From Takakia lepidozioides (Eukaryota > Plantae > Bryophyta), in assembly GCA_030704615.1 (NCBI GenBank), contig CM060734.1, positions 5,208,001 to 5,272,000 on the forward strand: 64,000 bases of DNA, given 5' to 3'. This document shows positions 48,120 through 61,759 of this stretch, piece by piece. The notes under the pieces were generated by a model. The model had not been told where the DNA came from. It ran no database searches and worked only from the letters and a program-made list of their open reading frames with translations. The translations under genes were made by a program, and so were the position numbers. Within the stretch, counting starts at the first letter, position 1. The number at the start of each line of letters is the position of its first letter.

Positions 48120-50814
48120 CATCCATCACATGGTTTCTGACTAGCATGCTCCAAGGTGAAGATAGATTAGTGAGCATCCGTGGGACCCACTTGGCTAGTA
48201 AGGAAAGGATTTGGGACTGAGGGTCAATGACCCCAATCCACCATTTATCTTTTTCTGAGAGATCTGTGCCCAACTAACCAACGCCCTCCTCTTTGGGGTT
48301 GCAGGGGTGGCTCCCCATATGAAATTCCTGGTGAGTGCCTTAAGCTGATCCACAATCTCCGAGCCCGGGTGCCAGACCAAGGCGGAAAACCAAGAAAAAG
48401 CCAAGACTACTTGATGAGCTATGAGGGCTCTTCCTACCATTGAGAGGGAGGGCGAGCTCCAGTAACTCAGCTGTTTTTTAACATTGCAAACCACACCTTC
48501 ACAACGTTGTTCATCAGAAAGTCCGTGGCCGATAAGTTGCCCCAAAAGATTATGAGCCTGCCCCTCTTGAAGCCAAATAAGGCCCAGATTGTCCCCCCGC
48601 GGATCACAGTGAGAACAAGAAGCCTGCGGTCTGACCCTGGATTTTATTGCGACTGTCTTTCCCCAATTGACCTTTAGGCCAAAAGCAGAACAAAAGCAAT
48701 TGAGATCCTAGATGGCGGCACTTACATTGGAAGAAAGAGAGTTATCAATGAGAAGCACTGTGTCATCTGCATACATAGATGATTTGACACTAGCAGGAGG
48801 TGAAAGGGAGCGGGGTATCTTTAGTCCTTGAATATCTGTGTTATTGTGGAGCAAGTGGCCAAGTGCATCTGCCGCCAGGGAGCCAAGGGGCACCCCTGCC
48901 TCACTGACCTATGCAACGGGAAGGAGGTAGAGAGAACACCATTGACCAAGACCTTGCTTGATCCCGAGGAAAGCAGGATGCAAACCCAGGAGAGGAAGGC
49001 CCCAGCAAAGCCTAACTTAGACATGACCCCCAGCAGGAAGGACCAATCTACATTATCAAACGCTTTTTCAAAATCAAGATAAGGGCAAGCGGTTGATCGT
49101 CCTCATAGGCATGGTGCAAGGCCTCAATCGCCAAGAGAATATTGTCGAGGATTAGCCTATTTTTCATGAAGCCTGTCTGCTCAGGTTGCACTAGTCTATG
49201 GAGATAGGGCTGAAGCCTCAGTGCCAAGGCTTTAGCGATAATCTTATAAGAAATGTTATTGGTCTGTAATTAGTAATCAAATCTCGGTCACCTTTCTTAA
49301 AAATAAGAGCAATGACACCTTGGGACATCTGCAAGGGCATGATACCCTTGGCCAAGATGTCATTGGCCATAAGAAGAAAATCTCCCCCTAAGTGCTCCCA
49401 AAGGGACTTGAAAAATTCAATGGGAGACCATCTAAGCCCGGCGATTTCAAGTAAGTGAGAGCCTCCATGGCTTCCATTAGTTCCATCGAGGTGAAGGGGG
49501 CCAAAAGCGCCTCTCTATCCTGATCATCAAGAATGGCAGGGACAGAATCCAACACCCTAGCAAAACTAGTGGTAGATGACACAGTGATAGTAGGAGGGGA
49601 AAAAAGGTTAGCTAAAGGAGCCAAAGAAGGAGATATTAAAATAAATGTACCTCCTCTAGAGTCTATAATTGTCGGATTCCACCAAGCCGATGCGGAAGGC
49701 CAAAGCGATTGCCCTAAGGAAGCGTTTTTTCTACAATCCAACTTATGCTCTTGAAGGAAGATTATACAATCTGAAGAAACAAGAGAGGAAGCCCATAATC
49801 TAACCCTAGATTGCTTAGGCACGGGTGCCTCGGAGCCAATGCCCCTGATATTCCAAGAGATCATTTTTCAGCTCATGGTGGGATGACTGCATAGCCCGTG
49901 ATATGATCATGATTTGACGGCTATAAGGGGGTGACCTCAAGTCTCAATCGGGGTTGAGCAGGAAGCATAGAAGGAACCCATTTGTATCTAGAGGGGGCCG
50001 GAACTCTTGAACACTCTCGAACAGCTTAAAGCAGGCAGGGAGACTACAAAACTTGAAGAGTTAGCAATCAAAACCCATCCTGAGCCGGGGGTTGCTCCCT
50101 CATGGAAAAGCGGCAAAAGGAGTGAGCTAGAGCTCACCGGAGGAGGGGAGGGGATGGCTAGGTCCGGGGGTGCCAGGCAAAATGACGAGTTGTCCGCTTC
50201 TAGGATTGGGATGATCGCCAAATTGTCGAAAGCCAAGGGCCTTTCAGAGTTGCGAGAGTACTTCAGCGAAGAGCGCAGCACGTCCACCAACATCATGCTT
50301 GCTGCGTAGGTCGCCACCATGAAGGGACGACCCGTCTCTCCTCCAAGCTCCAGAGGAACAGAAGGCCCCAAAATCCATTTAAGGCCTGGGTCACGGCCTG
50401 CTTGAGAGAGGAAACATCAGAAAGTCTCATAATTGGTATGACTGGAACATAAGTCAGTTTCCTATTAGAAACCGACTGATGAAGATGAGAGCCAAAGAAC
50501 ATTGTTGAGTCAGAGGAAAGAGAACAGTGGGGGAGGGAAGAAGAGAAAAGCTCCCTTATTTTATTGAGGATGAGCTCCAGCTCCTTGCCCGGTGTGAGAG
50601 CCAGTACATCCTTCCTGGAGATCCAGGTGGAAGCGAACCTGTTGCTGCTTGAGAGGAGAATGGACGGGGAGCCCTCGGGGCAACCGAAGATGATTGGCAA
50701 AATGTTGATCGCGACAGATTGCACCCCCGAAGAGAGAGAGGCCTCTGGGAGGCTGAGGTCCGCAAAAGATTTCAGTTGAAGGCAAAAGGATGCCAGACTC
50801 TGAGTCCCGTCTTG
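48120..50814 (-). mobile_element. L1-type LINE remnant (probable ORF1 3' part; ORF2 endonuclease-RT from 49864), degenerate
   Basis: MISWNIRG..IFLQEHK (APE endonuclease), KSPGLDGLP, DFEKAFDNVDW, SVRQGCPLAP, MYADDT, GGLG..LLAKW. Cut at 48120 by the LTR. Confidence 0.9.
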
Positions 50815-51042
50815 CTCTGGGGCCTCTTACATGGCACGTTGAACATAGTGGCCGAGTCTCAAAGCGAACCAAAATCATTTCGATGGCCAACCATCCGTTG
50901 AGCCATCCGAATGAATTTTCGATTGATCTGATATTTAGTCCGGGACCTGTGAGAGGGTGTCTGGAACGTGCTGGCAAAGTTTGGAAGCTAACAAAAATGA
51001 TTTGGATGGGCAACCATCCGTTCACCCGTTGAATGTATTCTG
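50815..51042 (-). repeat. Inverted 228-bp fragment of the 1-kb satellite
   Basis: Near-identical reverse complement of ~62541-62768. Confidence 0.92.
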
Positions 51043-51044
51043 GG

Positions 51045-54000
51045 GCTTTGCATGATGCATGTCTTGGGGTAATTACAAATGGTAAAGAATGAGGCTGCAA
51101 TATGCTTTGTCATGCCCAAGAGGGTTATTTGGTTGCATGCTGGGAATTTGCCCAAACTGTAGGCTGGTCCATCAAAGATGTTTGTGTGTACATATCTTGA
51201 ATCTGTAATATGGCAGGTTGTTCTTAGTTGCCCAAGATGCCTTGCATGATGCATGTCTTGGGGTAATACTGATAAGGTAGGCTGCAAATTATTTTGTCAT
51301 ACCCAAGATGTTTGCTTGAAGGGCATGTCTTGAATCTGTAATATTGTAGGTTGGCTTCACATACACAAGATGTTTTGCTCTAGAATGCATGTCTTTTTGT
51401 AATTATGATGTCAGGAAAGGGTATGACAGGCTGCAGCAATCTGATTTTTCAGTACACAAGATGTTTGCTTATATGCTTGTCTTGTTGTCATGACCTGTAC
51501 ATAAACAAACCCCGCCCTCCCACCCTGTTTTATCATGAATGATTGGGTGAAATCAATTGGGAAGTCATGACTAGAATGGAAGTGTTAGATGGTGCCGTGT
51601 TTATGGGCTGTTTATGTCTTTAATTGACAATGACCCTAGTAGGGTCTTGTCCATGTCTTGACATGACATGAATATCTTCCCACTCTCTCCCTCTCTCTTT
51701 TTAAGTTTTCTGCCCCCTCTCTCCCTCTCTTGTTTGTTTTGTTTTTTAAGCAGCACAAAAGATAGGGAGAGAGAGGGAGAGAGAGAGAGAGGGAGAGATC
51801 AGGAAACCAAAAATAAATAAATAAATGCCCCCCCCCCCACCTTCTTTTTTCTTCTTTGTTGCCCCCTCTCTCCCTCTCTCTCCCTCTCTCTCCCTCTGGA
51901 CACTGGGCTTATGAAATTGTTGTCCAGACTTCCATCCTTGAGGAAATTGAAAAAAAATTGCAAAATTGGGTTGCAGGGAATTTTGGATGTTCCTTGTCCA
52001 ATTTTTATTTTTTTTAACTATATATTTTTAGTGAAATATTTCTTCACTAAAAAACCTGTGAAACTCCCGTCAGTTTCTACTTTTTCAATCCAACCTGGAT
52101 GAAAAAAGAACTTCATCTGACAGGACCTAAATACAGGGCAAGACAGTTTTTTTTATAAAAAATCCCCCATGGTTTTCATCTAACCTAGATGAAATACGGA
52201 CTACATCCGTTGAAATGCAAGACAGGATGCAAGCACGATGTCTTTCATCTTCCACGAATGAGAAACGGACAACGTCCGTCGGACGGATAGACTGGCAGAT
52301 GTTTTTCATCCTGAGAAGGATGGATGACGGGCCAGGCAGGGGAAAACCCTGCGCAACCCTAATGTCTTTCTTTTTGCGCTACGAGAGCGCGCGCGATGGC
52401 GGCTTGTGAGGAGCGATGGTGCTCGTGCTGCAGATACCTTGAGCTGCCAATCGTTGAGTGTTTATGGCTCCTGTGAGCGACGCATGGGCGAGCTCTTTAA
52501 GGCGATGGTGGTGGCTTAGTGATGAGGGAAGATTCCCTGTCTCAGTTGTCTGTTTTTTTGCTGCACAAGGGAACCGCGGCAGTGATGGCGGAGGCACCAC
52601 CTGCATGCCTAAGACGTTTCCCTAGTAGCCCTCCTCTGGATCTTTGATGAATGGCGGCACAAGGAAGTCTCTCTCCCTCCCTTTATAAACCCTACCTGTT
52701 GAAACCAAGCTTTTTTTTTCTTGTGCTTGGCAAGATCTTGCTTTGGTTAAGGTAGCAGTGCTGTGGTGCTGGCAGAGTCCTCCCTGCACGGTTAGGCTTG
52801 TGGAGAGATGGCGACTCTCCCCCAAACAGTAAAAAAGGTTTTTTTTCTGTTGATTTTGCTTCCTTGTTTCCTTTGGCATTCTCTGCGCTTAGATTGAAGT
52901 GTATTTGACCTCGATAGCAAGTGTGGAAGCCTGCTACTCACCTCGTGCATCCTCACTAACTCACAATGCGTTGTGGTTGTTTTTGGGACGGGCACATGTG
53001 AGGGCTTCCACTTAATATTCTGATGTCTAGGTGCTGCTGGATGCCAAGTGGGATTGCAGAGCAGGGGAAGGAATCGTTTGCCAGGGACTCATCCTAAAAT
53101 GTTGAAAAACTAAACTACTCTATGGTTTTTCTTGATCCTGCCTCTTTCCTTCCTTGATTTTTTTAAGAACAAGTGTATTGCTTTCTACGATGGGCTAGTT
53201 CGGCCCAGCCAGTGGAAAGACTCTGTTATGATGTGACAGCCGGGTTTATGATGGCTTGTGTGAGAGACACACATCTGTTTTCCAGGCCCTAGTTTGCTTT
53301 GCTTACCTTATGGTAGTTGGAAACAAATTGAGAGGCTGTAAGGAATTGTTTGATGCAGCTACTCGGGTACCTCTGTTTAAAAGGCCCATGTTATGTTCCA
53401 ACCCAGATGGCTTTGATTAGCTAGATGCTTAGGCCAGGGTATGGTGAAGTTTCCGCCTGTGGCTATTCGGCTGACACTGAAATATGGCAGTAATATAAAT
53501 GGTAACTGGTTTTTGAGGCAGCCAGGGTGGTCAAGTGGAAATACCCCCTGGACATGGTGTAATGGCATGGTCAAATGTGGAATGATGTGAAGGGTGTATT
53601 GACAGTACCACATACTGTCACATGATGTGTATGCAGTCCTTTATATTTACCTTGCTTTGTCATGAGCTTTGATTTTCAGTGGTAGCAAGAAATAAAGGTA
53701 TAGGGGTGTTCTGGAAAACTTACCAGACATATCCTCCTGTGGGGGCAAGCTATACTGCACACCGATCTAAACAAATACTGGCAAGGCAAGGTATTTAAAT
53801 CTGTGATATCCAAATGTTCGTTTCTTTTTTAAGAAAACCCTCCATGACACCCATGGGGTTTTAGTAAGTATGCTTGGATTACAGCTTGCAGACAATAAAT
53901 CTGTATGACTATGTGACTTGCACCACATCAAGGCCAAAATATGGCCAAGTACCCGCCATCCCACCCAAATCTATGTAAGTGTATCATGATCTTGACTGGT

Positions 54001-57000
54001 GGTCAATCAGCATCAGTGGCATACTCTCTGGATTATGAATCATACTGACATGAACACATTACTGTGCATAGATGTAATTCTGGATTTTCTAAGCTTGATG
54101 ATTGATGGATGGTGCCACTGTTAAGTGGCTGATATGTCTATTTATTCTTTCATGACAACGACCCTAGGGGTCCTGTCTTTGTCTTGATATGACAAAAAGT
54201 ATCTTCCCTCTCTCTTTTTAACTTTTCTGCCCCCTCTCTTTTTTTATTTTTTTATTTTTATTTTTTAAAAAGCAGCACAAAAGAGAGGGAGAGATCAGGA
54301 AACCGGTAAATAAATAAATTAAAAAAAAGAAAAAAAAAAGAAAAAAGGTGGGGGGGGGTGGGAAGTGACTAAGCTGCTGCTGCTCAGTCAGTCCGCCCCC
54401 ACTTTTTTTTTTTTTTTCTTTGTTGCTCCCTCTCTCCCTCTCTCTCCCTCTCTCCTGGGAACCGACAGGTTGTTATCAGTGTTGATTTCCTGTTTTTTCA
54501 CCCATACCGAATGAAGTTTTAACAGAGTTTCATCCATCCTCTATCGGTTTTTCATCCATACCAGATGAACCACCAGGATGGACATTGAATTACCGTTAAG
54601 ATGGTTTTTTGGTTTTTTCATTCCTCTTTTATTGACTCTCATCCATACCGGATGAGTCACCAAGGAATGAAAAATTACCTCTATGAGGGTTGCCAACAAC
54701 ATCCTGTTTTTCATCCATACCGGTTGAAAAACTACCAGGATAATAATTTTTCATTCCTCTTTCATTGACTCTTTTTTATCCATACCGGGTGGTCTGGTGA
54801 GGAATGATGAATTACCTAGGAGGAGGTAAACCGCTGCCACGGATGATATTCCCTACTTTTCATCCTGACAAGTGATTTGTTTATGGATGATGACCTGGAA
54901 TTGATCTTAACTACCCCTAATTATGATTAATTACGGGGTGAAACCCTAATTCCTACCCTAAAACCTATTTTTAACTCTGCTACGGATGAAATCCGTCAGG
55001 ATAGAAAGGTGTTTTTTACTGTTTTTCATCCACGAATGAAAAATCGGGCTAAAAAACCCTATGTTGTCTCTCCCGCTGTCAAAAGCACGAGATGTGCTTC
55101 TGCGCGGCGAGAGTGTTATGGCGGACGTGCTTTGGTGGCTGCCCCTTTTGTGGTGTCGTACCCGTGTTGGGCGAGCGCCTGGGGATGCGCGACGGCGGCT
55201 CCTTATCTCTCTAGCAGCGGGAAACACTGCTGTGAATGCAGTGACATCTTCCCTCCTCTGGCTTTTAATTTTAGCAGTGGCATTTGTGCTGGGAAGTCTC
55301 TCTCCCTCCCTTCTATCGCCTTGCGAGTTTGCCTGCTTTGCTTCATTGCTCATGTGCTTTGTGGAGGCGACTTGCCGCGGGTGGTGATGGCGCATAACCC
55401 TCTTCCCCAAACTTAAGGTGCTTTTGGAGTTTAGGGATCCTTGTGTTCTTATCTTCTTCTCTTGCTTTTGAGATTCTTAGTTGACATCGATGACAAGTGT
55501 GAGGGTCTATGATTCACCTGGGGTTCCACAATCCTCACTAATCCGTTGATTTTGTGGGGGCTTGTGATGGGACCAGGTGAGGATCCTCACTTACTTTGCA
55601 ATTTCTTGAGCATGCAGTTGGGGATATGGGCTGAGGAGACCTGTAAGTTATCGTGCCTTGAAGTGGCTGCTGCCTGCAGCCCCAAATTCAACCCGACTGC
55701 TCCTGGTTTGGCATGCTACAGCCTATGTTTTGGCTTTTGTTGTTTTGCCGTCAATGGGGCAGCTCGACCTGTCTGGCCTGTCTCTTGAGGCCTGCATACA
55801 GACCATACCATATCTTTTGATCCTTGACAGTAGGGCCTGTGGAGTAATGAGCTAGGTTGTAATTTCTTTGGGCCATAGAGGATCTGGTTTTATGGGGGCT
55901 GCCTCGGCGGGTTTGGGACTCTAAGGACGTGGTGGCCTTGAATGTTATGGCGGCAGCCTGATAAGGCACGGACCTGCTCCTTTTCGGGCCTGTTTTTGGT
56001 GTGTGATGGATCATAGTGAGGTGTTCTTTGCAAACTTTAGCATGGACCTCTTGAAGGATGAGGATGGTAAGCTGTAATGGAATCCTACCTATAGTTCTGG
56101 CCTTGTCATGACATCAGGCCTATGACCTGCAATTTGAGTTTTTTATGTGCCAAAGAGGCTGGATCTCGGTTGTTCAAGTTGCTTGTGTGTACAAGTCTTG
56201 AAGTTGCAATTTGATAGGCTGAATTCACATCCCCTTGACACCTTGTATGATTACATGTCTCGGGGTGAGTACAAATGGTATGGAATCTATTTCATCATGC
56301 CCAAGTAGGATTGCTTGGAGGCATGTTTTGATTCTGAAAAATTGCAGGCTGGTTCTTATGCCTTGCTTGATGCATGATAAGGTAGGTTGCTGCTAATTAT
56401 TTTGTCATACCCAAGATGTTTGCTTGAAGGGCATGTCTTGAATCTGTAATATTGTAGGCCGGTTTCACATACCCAAGATGTTTTGCTCTATGCATGTCTT
56501 GTTGTAATTGTGATGCCAAGAAAGGGTATGACAGGCTGTAGCAATCTATTTTTTCAGAACACAAGATGCTTGCTTATATGCTTGTCTTGTTGTCATGACC
56601 TGTACATGAACAAACCCCGCCCTCCCACCCTGTTTTATCAAGAATGATTGGGTGATGTCAATTCATGGGAAACTATGACAAGAATGGAAATGTTAGATGG
56701 TGCCCTGTTTTGGGCTGTTTATGTCTTTAATTGACAATGACCCTAGTAGGGCCTGTCCATGTCTTGACATGACATGATATCTTCCCACTCTCTCCTCTCT
56801 TTTGTCTCTGTCCCTCTCCCTCTCCTTTTAAGTTTTCTGCCCCCTCTCTCCCTCTCTGGTGTTTTATTTGGAAGCAGCCAAAAGATAGGGCGAGAGAGAG
56901 GGAGAGGGCGAGAGAGAGAGGGAGAGAGATCAGGAAAGGTGGGGGGGGAGTGACTGAGCAGTTGTTGCTGCTCAGTCACTCCACCCCCCACCCTTCTTCT

Positions 57001-57148
57001 TTTTTGTTTGTTTTTTTTTCCTTGCACCTCTCTCCCTCTCTCTTTCCCTCTCTTTCCCTCTCTCCCTCTCCCTCTCTCCCCATCTCTCTCCCTCTCTTCT
57101 GCCCCCTCTCTTCCTCTCTGATTTTGTTTTCTTGTGGGGAGTGACAAA

Positions 57149-57181
<33 letters not shown>

Positions 57182-57300
57182 GGGTGAGACGAGCAAACAA
57201 AAATAAAAATGGTGGTGGGGGGGGGTGATTGAGCAGCTGCTCAATCACCCCCCCCCCCCCCCACCTTTTTATTTTTATTTTTCTTGCACCTCTCTGGTGG
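51045..57300 (+). repeat. Degenerate ~2.55-kb macro-repeat (a little over two units), related to 28755-33953
   Basis: GATGGTGCC..TATCTTCCC..GGGAGAGATCAGGAAA recurs at ~51590, 54108 and 56697. 51050-51810 matches 56240-56940. Contains TTCATCC/GGATGAA clusters and CT/GA tracts. Confidence 0.75.
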
Positions 57301-57431
57301 GGCGGAGCTGAGAGCAGCAGCACTTGCTGCTCTCAGCCCCCCACATGCTTTGTTTTTTTTTTGGATCTGGAATGTAGAGATTGTTTCCTGGTGAGGCCAA
57401 CTTTTGGATTTGCATGACAGGTGCCAGGCTT

Positions 57432-59671
57432 ATGGGGAAAGAGAAGAAGTCCCCTGCCCCAAGAAAAGGGGCGGAGAACCCGTTTGCTCTGCCGGCACGT
57501 GTGACGCGGGCTGGCATCTCACGGTTAACCAGCCCCGTCGATAGCCGCAGCCGGAGGGCTCCTCTGCCCCCTGAGGCCCCCCCCCCTCTTGTCCCCGTCT
57601 TGGATTCGCCAGGGGCCGGCTCAGCCACCTCTCCTATTCGGGAGGTTGTTGCTGGGCCGGATGCTCAGTTGAGCACACCCCCGGCCACCAAGACGGGTGA
57701 GATGTACCTTGACAAGCGCATCACCTGTTCGGGGGCCAGTTTCGGGCAACTTTTGGAAGTCACCCCTATACAGACCCCTTCCTCCGCAGCGAAGGCTGCA
57801 CTTGCCAAGGCCCAAGGTTAGGTTGAAGGGTCTCGGGAACTGGCGGTTCCTAGCCCAATGTTGATCGTGAGGGAGGAGTTGACGAGGAGGGCCTATGAGG
57901 AGGCCGAGATAGTGAAGCACCTCGAATTAGTGAAGCCGGGTGAGAGCTTCTACCCTGCTACGCATTCGTTGGGGGGGGGGGGGGGGGGGGGGGGGGGAGG
58001 AGGATCCGCCGATGCCCCCCCTCAGCCTGAGCGGTCAGCAAAGAAGGGCCTGGACTATGGGGCGCCGCCGGCTATGGTCGACATCTGGAACCTACTTCCA
58101 GCGGCGCTCCGGGAGGGATAGCACGGGGACTTCCGGCAGGGAACTCCTGCCACATCAGGTGACACGGGTGACACCGGACCGAGTCGGCCAAGCTTGCAAA
58201 GGTACAACCGTCGCACCTTGCCCATTCCATGTTTTGTCATTTCCTTTGCATGCATGTATTTCTTTCTTGTTTGTTTCTTTTTTTGAATTTTTTTTTGGGG
58301 GGGGGTATTCGTCTTCAGGAGGCAGAGACATTCTTGGCCGATTGGGTGCACTCCCGTGGGGTTGCCAATGAGGCAGAGCACATGGTGTTGATGAAGGACC
58401 CGAACACCAGAGGTAAGAAGAAGAGGCCTCGACCTCCCGAGGTCCCTTTTACCATCAATGAAGGGGCTGCTGAGGAGAGAGAGAGAAGGGAGAGGGAGAA
58501 GGAGAGAGAGGAAGTAGCGGGGAAGGGGAAGGAAAAGAAGAAGAGAAGAAGTCCATGGAGACGACGGGGTGGGTGTGCGTGCGGGGGAGGGAAGTGGGGT
58601 AACAAAGGAGGTAGGGAAGGAGCCTGCAAAGAAGGGAGAGGGTGGGAAGAAGAAGAAGAAATCCCGGGGGATAAAGGAGGTGGCCTTGGCAAAGATCGTT
58701 GTGCCACCGGTGGAGGTCAATAAGCATGGTGACCCGTGCGGTGCGTTTTGAGTGGCTATGAAGGGGCCAGCCTTCGAACTCGCAGCGGCGTGGTTCCCTT
58801 GGCACATCAAGTGGGGTGATCAGCACTATGGCCAGAAGCGCAAGTATGCCCATGAGTTAGACCGCCGGTTTCTGGGCAATTGGAGTGAGACGAGGCTGAT
58901 GGAGATGGTGGGGCAGAACTTGATGAACAAGAGGTACCGTGCCAGACAAAGGATTCGGAGGGCAATGGAAAAGGGGGTCACATCCAAACCACCTTTTGGA
59001 ATTTCACAGGTTGGCAAATCCTTGAATCATTTCACCTTCCATTTGTTGCATGTGCATTAATGAGGTGGATTTGATGCAACGTATGTGTGTAATTCACTAA
59101 TTGTGGGGGGGTGCATAGCTATCGTGGGATGCGCTCATTGCGGGAGAGAATGATGCGGTAAACAAGGATAAGTTCCAGAGGGCACGCGAAGCAACAACAA
59201 TCCGCCTTGAGCACGAATCCACACACAAGTGGGGCCCCGGCGGATCGAGGGGTTTTATCCTCCGATTTTTAAGTCATACTTCCCTATGTATTTTGTTATG
59301 TTTTTTTTTCTGGCTCCATCATTGTGAGAAACTGACTTTAATTTGTGGCATGTGTAGGAAACCACGTTTGAGAGGTTGTCATCTCTGGTAGAGTACGACT
59401 ACGCCAAGGAGCATGGTTGGCAATCCCTCATGACCAACATGGCCAAGACGGAGGGGATGAGTGCACTACCAGGCACTAGTATGGCTGAGGGGGGGGGGGT
59501 CATGGCCAGGGATTGGATGAGAGCTCTGTGGGAGTTAGGGGAACGCCACCTGGTTTATGTGCTCAAGCGAAGGGCGCGGAGTCATCAGGCTCATCGGATA
59601 GCTATGACTCCTCCTCTGACGATGAGGATGAGGATGAGGATGAGGATGAGGATGAGGATGAGGATGAGTAG
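57432..59671 (+). pseudogene. CACTA TnpA-like (Ptta/En-Spm Transposase_24-like) spliced gene with stops and frameshifts
   Basis: C-terminal exons read KRYRARQRIRR..KPPFGISQ / LSWDALI..KFQRAREATTIR..THKWGPGGSRGF and end in a (DE)n tail. GT-AG introns near 58201-58318, 59010-59118 and 59270-59357. Confidence 0.65.
59621..59668 (+). repeat. (GATGAG)n microsatellite encoding the acidic tail
   Basis: About 8 units read directly. Confidence 0.85.
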
Positions 59672-59954
59672 TCCTAGTCCGTGTAGCTGGTCCTAGGATC
59701 AGTCTATTGAACCCTTGTGAGCAAAGAATTCAGCTCATTGCTTGTAAATATATTTCCATTTGTACATATATTTCCATCTTCTATCTTATTCATGTGTCAC
59801 ACAGCCTCACTCTTGATTCATGCTTGCTTGAACCAATGCAATAAACAAAATTGAGTACCTGTTAAATCAGAGCAATGGAAGCTCTAATGTCTTCCAACAC
59901 CCAAGAAAGAAACCAGGGAAAAACCCTAAATCACCCCCAATTCACCCCCCAAAA

Positions 59955-60604
59955 TGAACCCCCCCCCCCCCCCCCCGTGCGACGGGTTTTTCTTCTGTGC
60001 GACGTTCGGGGTGGCTAGCTGCAACGCCTCGGCGTCCTTGAGCCCAACACAAGGCCTCCCCCACCTGTTTGTTTTTTGTAAAAAAAAGGCACCCAGCCAC
60101 CCCGGGCGTCGCAAGTAACCACGCCCCGGAGTCGCACTGGGCGACTGCACTGAGGCGATGGGGTCTCCCCATGCAACGTCGTCGCGTGTCTGGCAGCGAT
60201 GCCACTGGTGGCTGAGCCTAACCCCCCCCCCCTCCGCCACGTGGTGTTTTTTTAGTCCGGGCATGGAAAAAAAAAATATTGGTTGCCACGCCGAGCCGTC
60301 GCCCTAACCAACGCCGTCGCGGGTGGTAGCGACGGCCGGGCGTGGCTACAAGGAGGCCCCCCCCCCCCCCCCCCCCCAGAGCCCTGGATGGCCAAGAAGC
60401 AACGGCGGGGCGTCACTGGAGGGGGGTAGCGGCTTGCAACCCCCATCCGTCGCATTTATGTGACGTCCGATTAGTGACGCCCCGGGGACGGTCGTGCCAC
60501 GCCCGGGCGCCTGCGCCCCTGCCTCAAAAGCGGCGTTTAGTGACATCGCGGCGTGGCTGCGCCGTTTCCGCGGCGTCACTAAAACCCCCCCTTTTCCTGT
60601 AGTG
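59955..60604 (-). mobile_element. CACTA terminus with GC-rich subterminal repeats
   Basis: Ends ..CCCCCCCTTTTCCTGTAGTG (reverse complement CACTACAGGAAAAGGGGGGG). Many GCGAC/GTCGC, GTGGCT and GTGACG motifs occur in both orientations. Confidence 0.85.
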
Positions 60605-60651
60605 TCACATTCGTTCCTTTCCTGCTTTATCTCACAATCTGTCTCCTCACC

Positions 60652-61759
60652 ATGGCCTATGTTCCAGCTGCTCTGGGTGCCAATGGTTACAGAAGGGACA
60701 ACAGGAGGTACCCTAAGAATAGAAATCGGGCTCCACCCAGATACACACCCGCTACAGGACCGGGTGTATTGGGAGTGGCCCCCAGACGGTCGTCCTCGCC
60801 TCCAAGAGCTCCCATGGTATGGAGTGAGGAAGCGCCTGCCCAGGACTCTCAGCCTGTGTTACAGCTTAACATGGATGTCATTAAAGAGCATTCCCAGCTG
60901 CTTGCGGAGCAAGGTGTGCTCATATATTTCCCTGGTAGGGTCTGTAATAGGACCTTCGCTAGAGAGTGGGCAATGGAACACTTTGGGCCTGACAGAGGTT
61001 TAACCTCTCACTTCTGCTTGGCACTCGGGAGGGGCTTCTTTTCTATGATGTTTAGCACTGCGGAGCTCGCAGCCAAAGCCTTGCGATTCAACATCTCGCT
61101 TTCTAAATGCCTGTGCATGTCTTTCCTTGGAATGCTGACTGGGGCCACAAAGGAGGGGTGACCTGCAAACCTCGAGTTCTGGCCCTTCCTATCTGCCTGG
61201 GAACTATCTGAGATCTTTACCGGAAATTGGAGCTCATTTTGGAGTGTTCATTGGCTCCATGAACGTCTTTGAGCACCTGGTGCTTGACGCCCGTAGTATT
61301 GACAACGACATGGCGATCTATGACTATCAACGAGATGGTGGTGTGCCGCAGTTAGTTGTAATGATGCCTGAGCAGGCACCGATTGCGTCTTCAATTAAGT
61401 TGCCTACGTTAGATAACTCTTTTGTCTCTGTCTTGGTTAAGGAGGTCAATGTTGTTATTGTATGCCACCATTGCAATGCGGAAGGCCATGTCAAAGCCGA
61501 TTGTCTGGCTCTCCACAACTCTTTCCAGAACGACTTGCCCGCTGATGATGTTGGCCGTATTTTGAATCGCAGACACAGGATGGAGGCCCCTCTAGGAAAC
61601 GGGCTGTTGACTCCACACCCATTCAACCCCTTGCAAAGAGATCAAGCTGGACCCTGTTTCTCAGTCCCCAATAAGTCCAAGGATTTTTCTACTGGCTTCC
61701 CCCACTCAAGGCTCTCTGCAAAGAGCAGACACTATTCGACCTGCCGTATTTCCGCTCAT
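60652..61759 (+). pseudogene. LINE ORF1-like gene (DUF4283-like + CCHC), frameshifted, truncated by the satellite
   Basis: GVLIYFPGRVCNRTFAREWAMEHFG..LGRGFFSMMFSTAELAAKAL and VCHHCNAEGHVKADC; homologous to 1-1220. Confidence 0.75.

Noticed and set aside
56743-57323. Long R/E/G-rich ORFs
   Set aside because: Artefacts of CT/GA low-complexity tracts.
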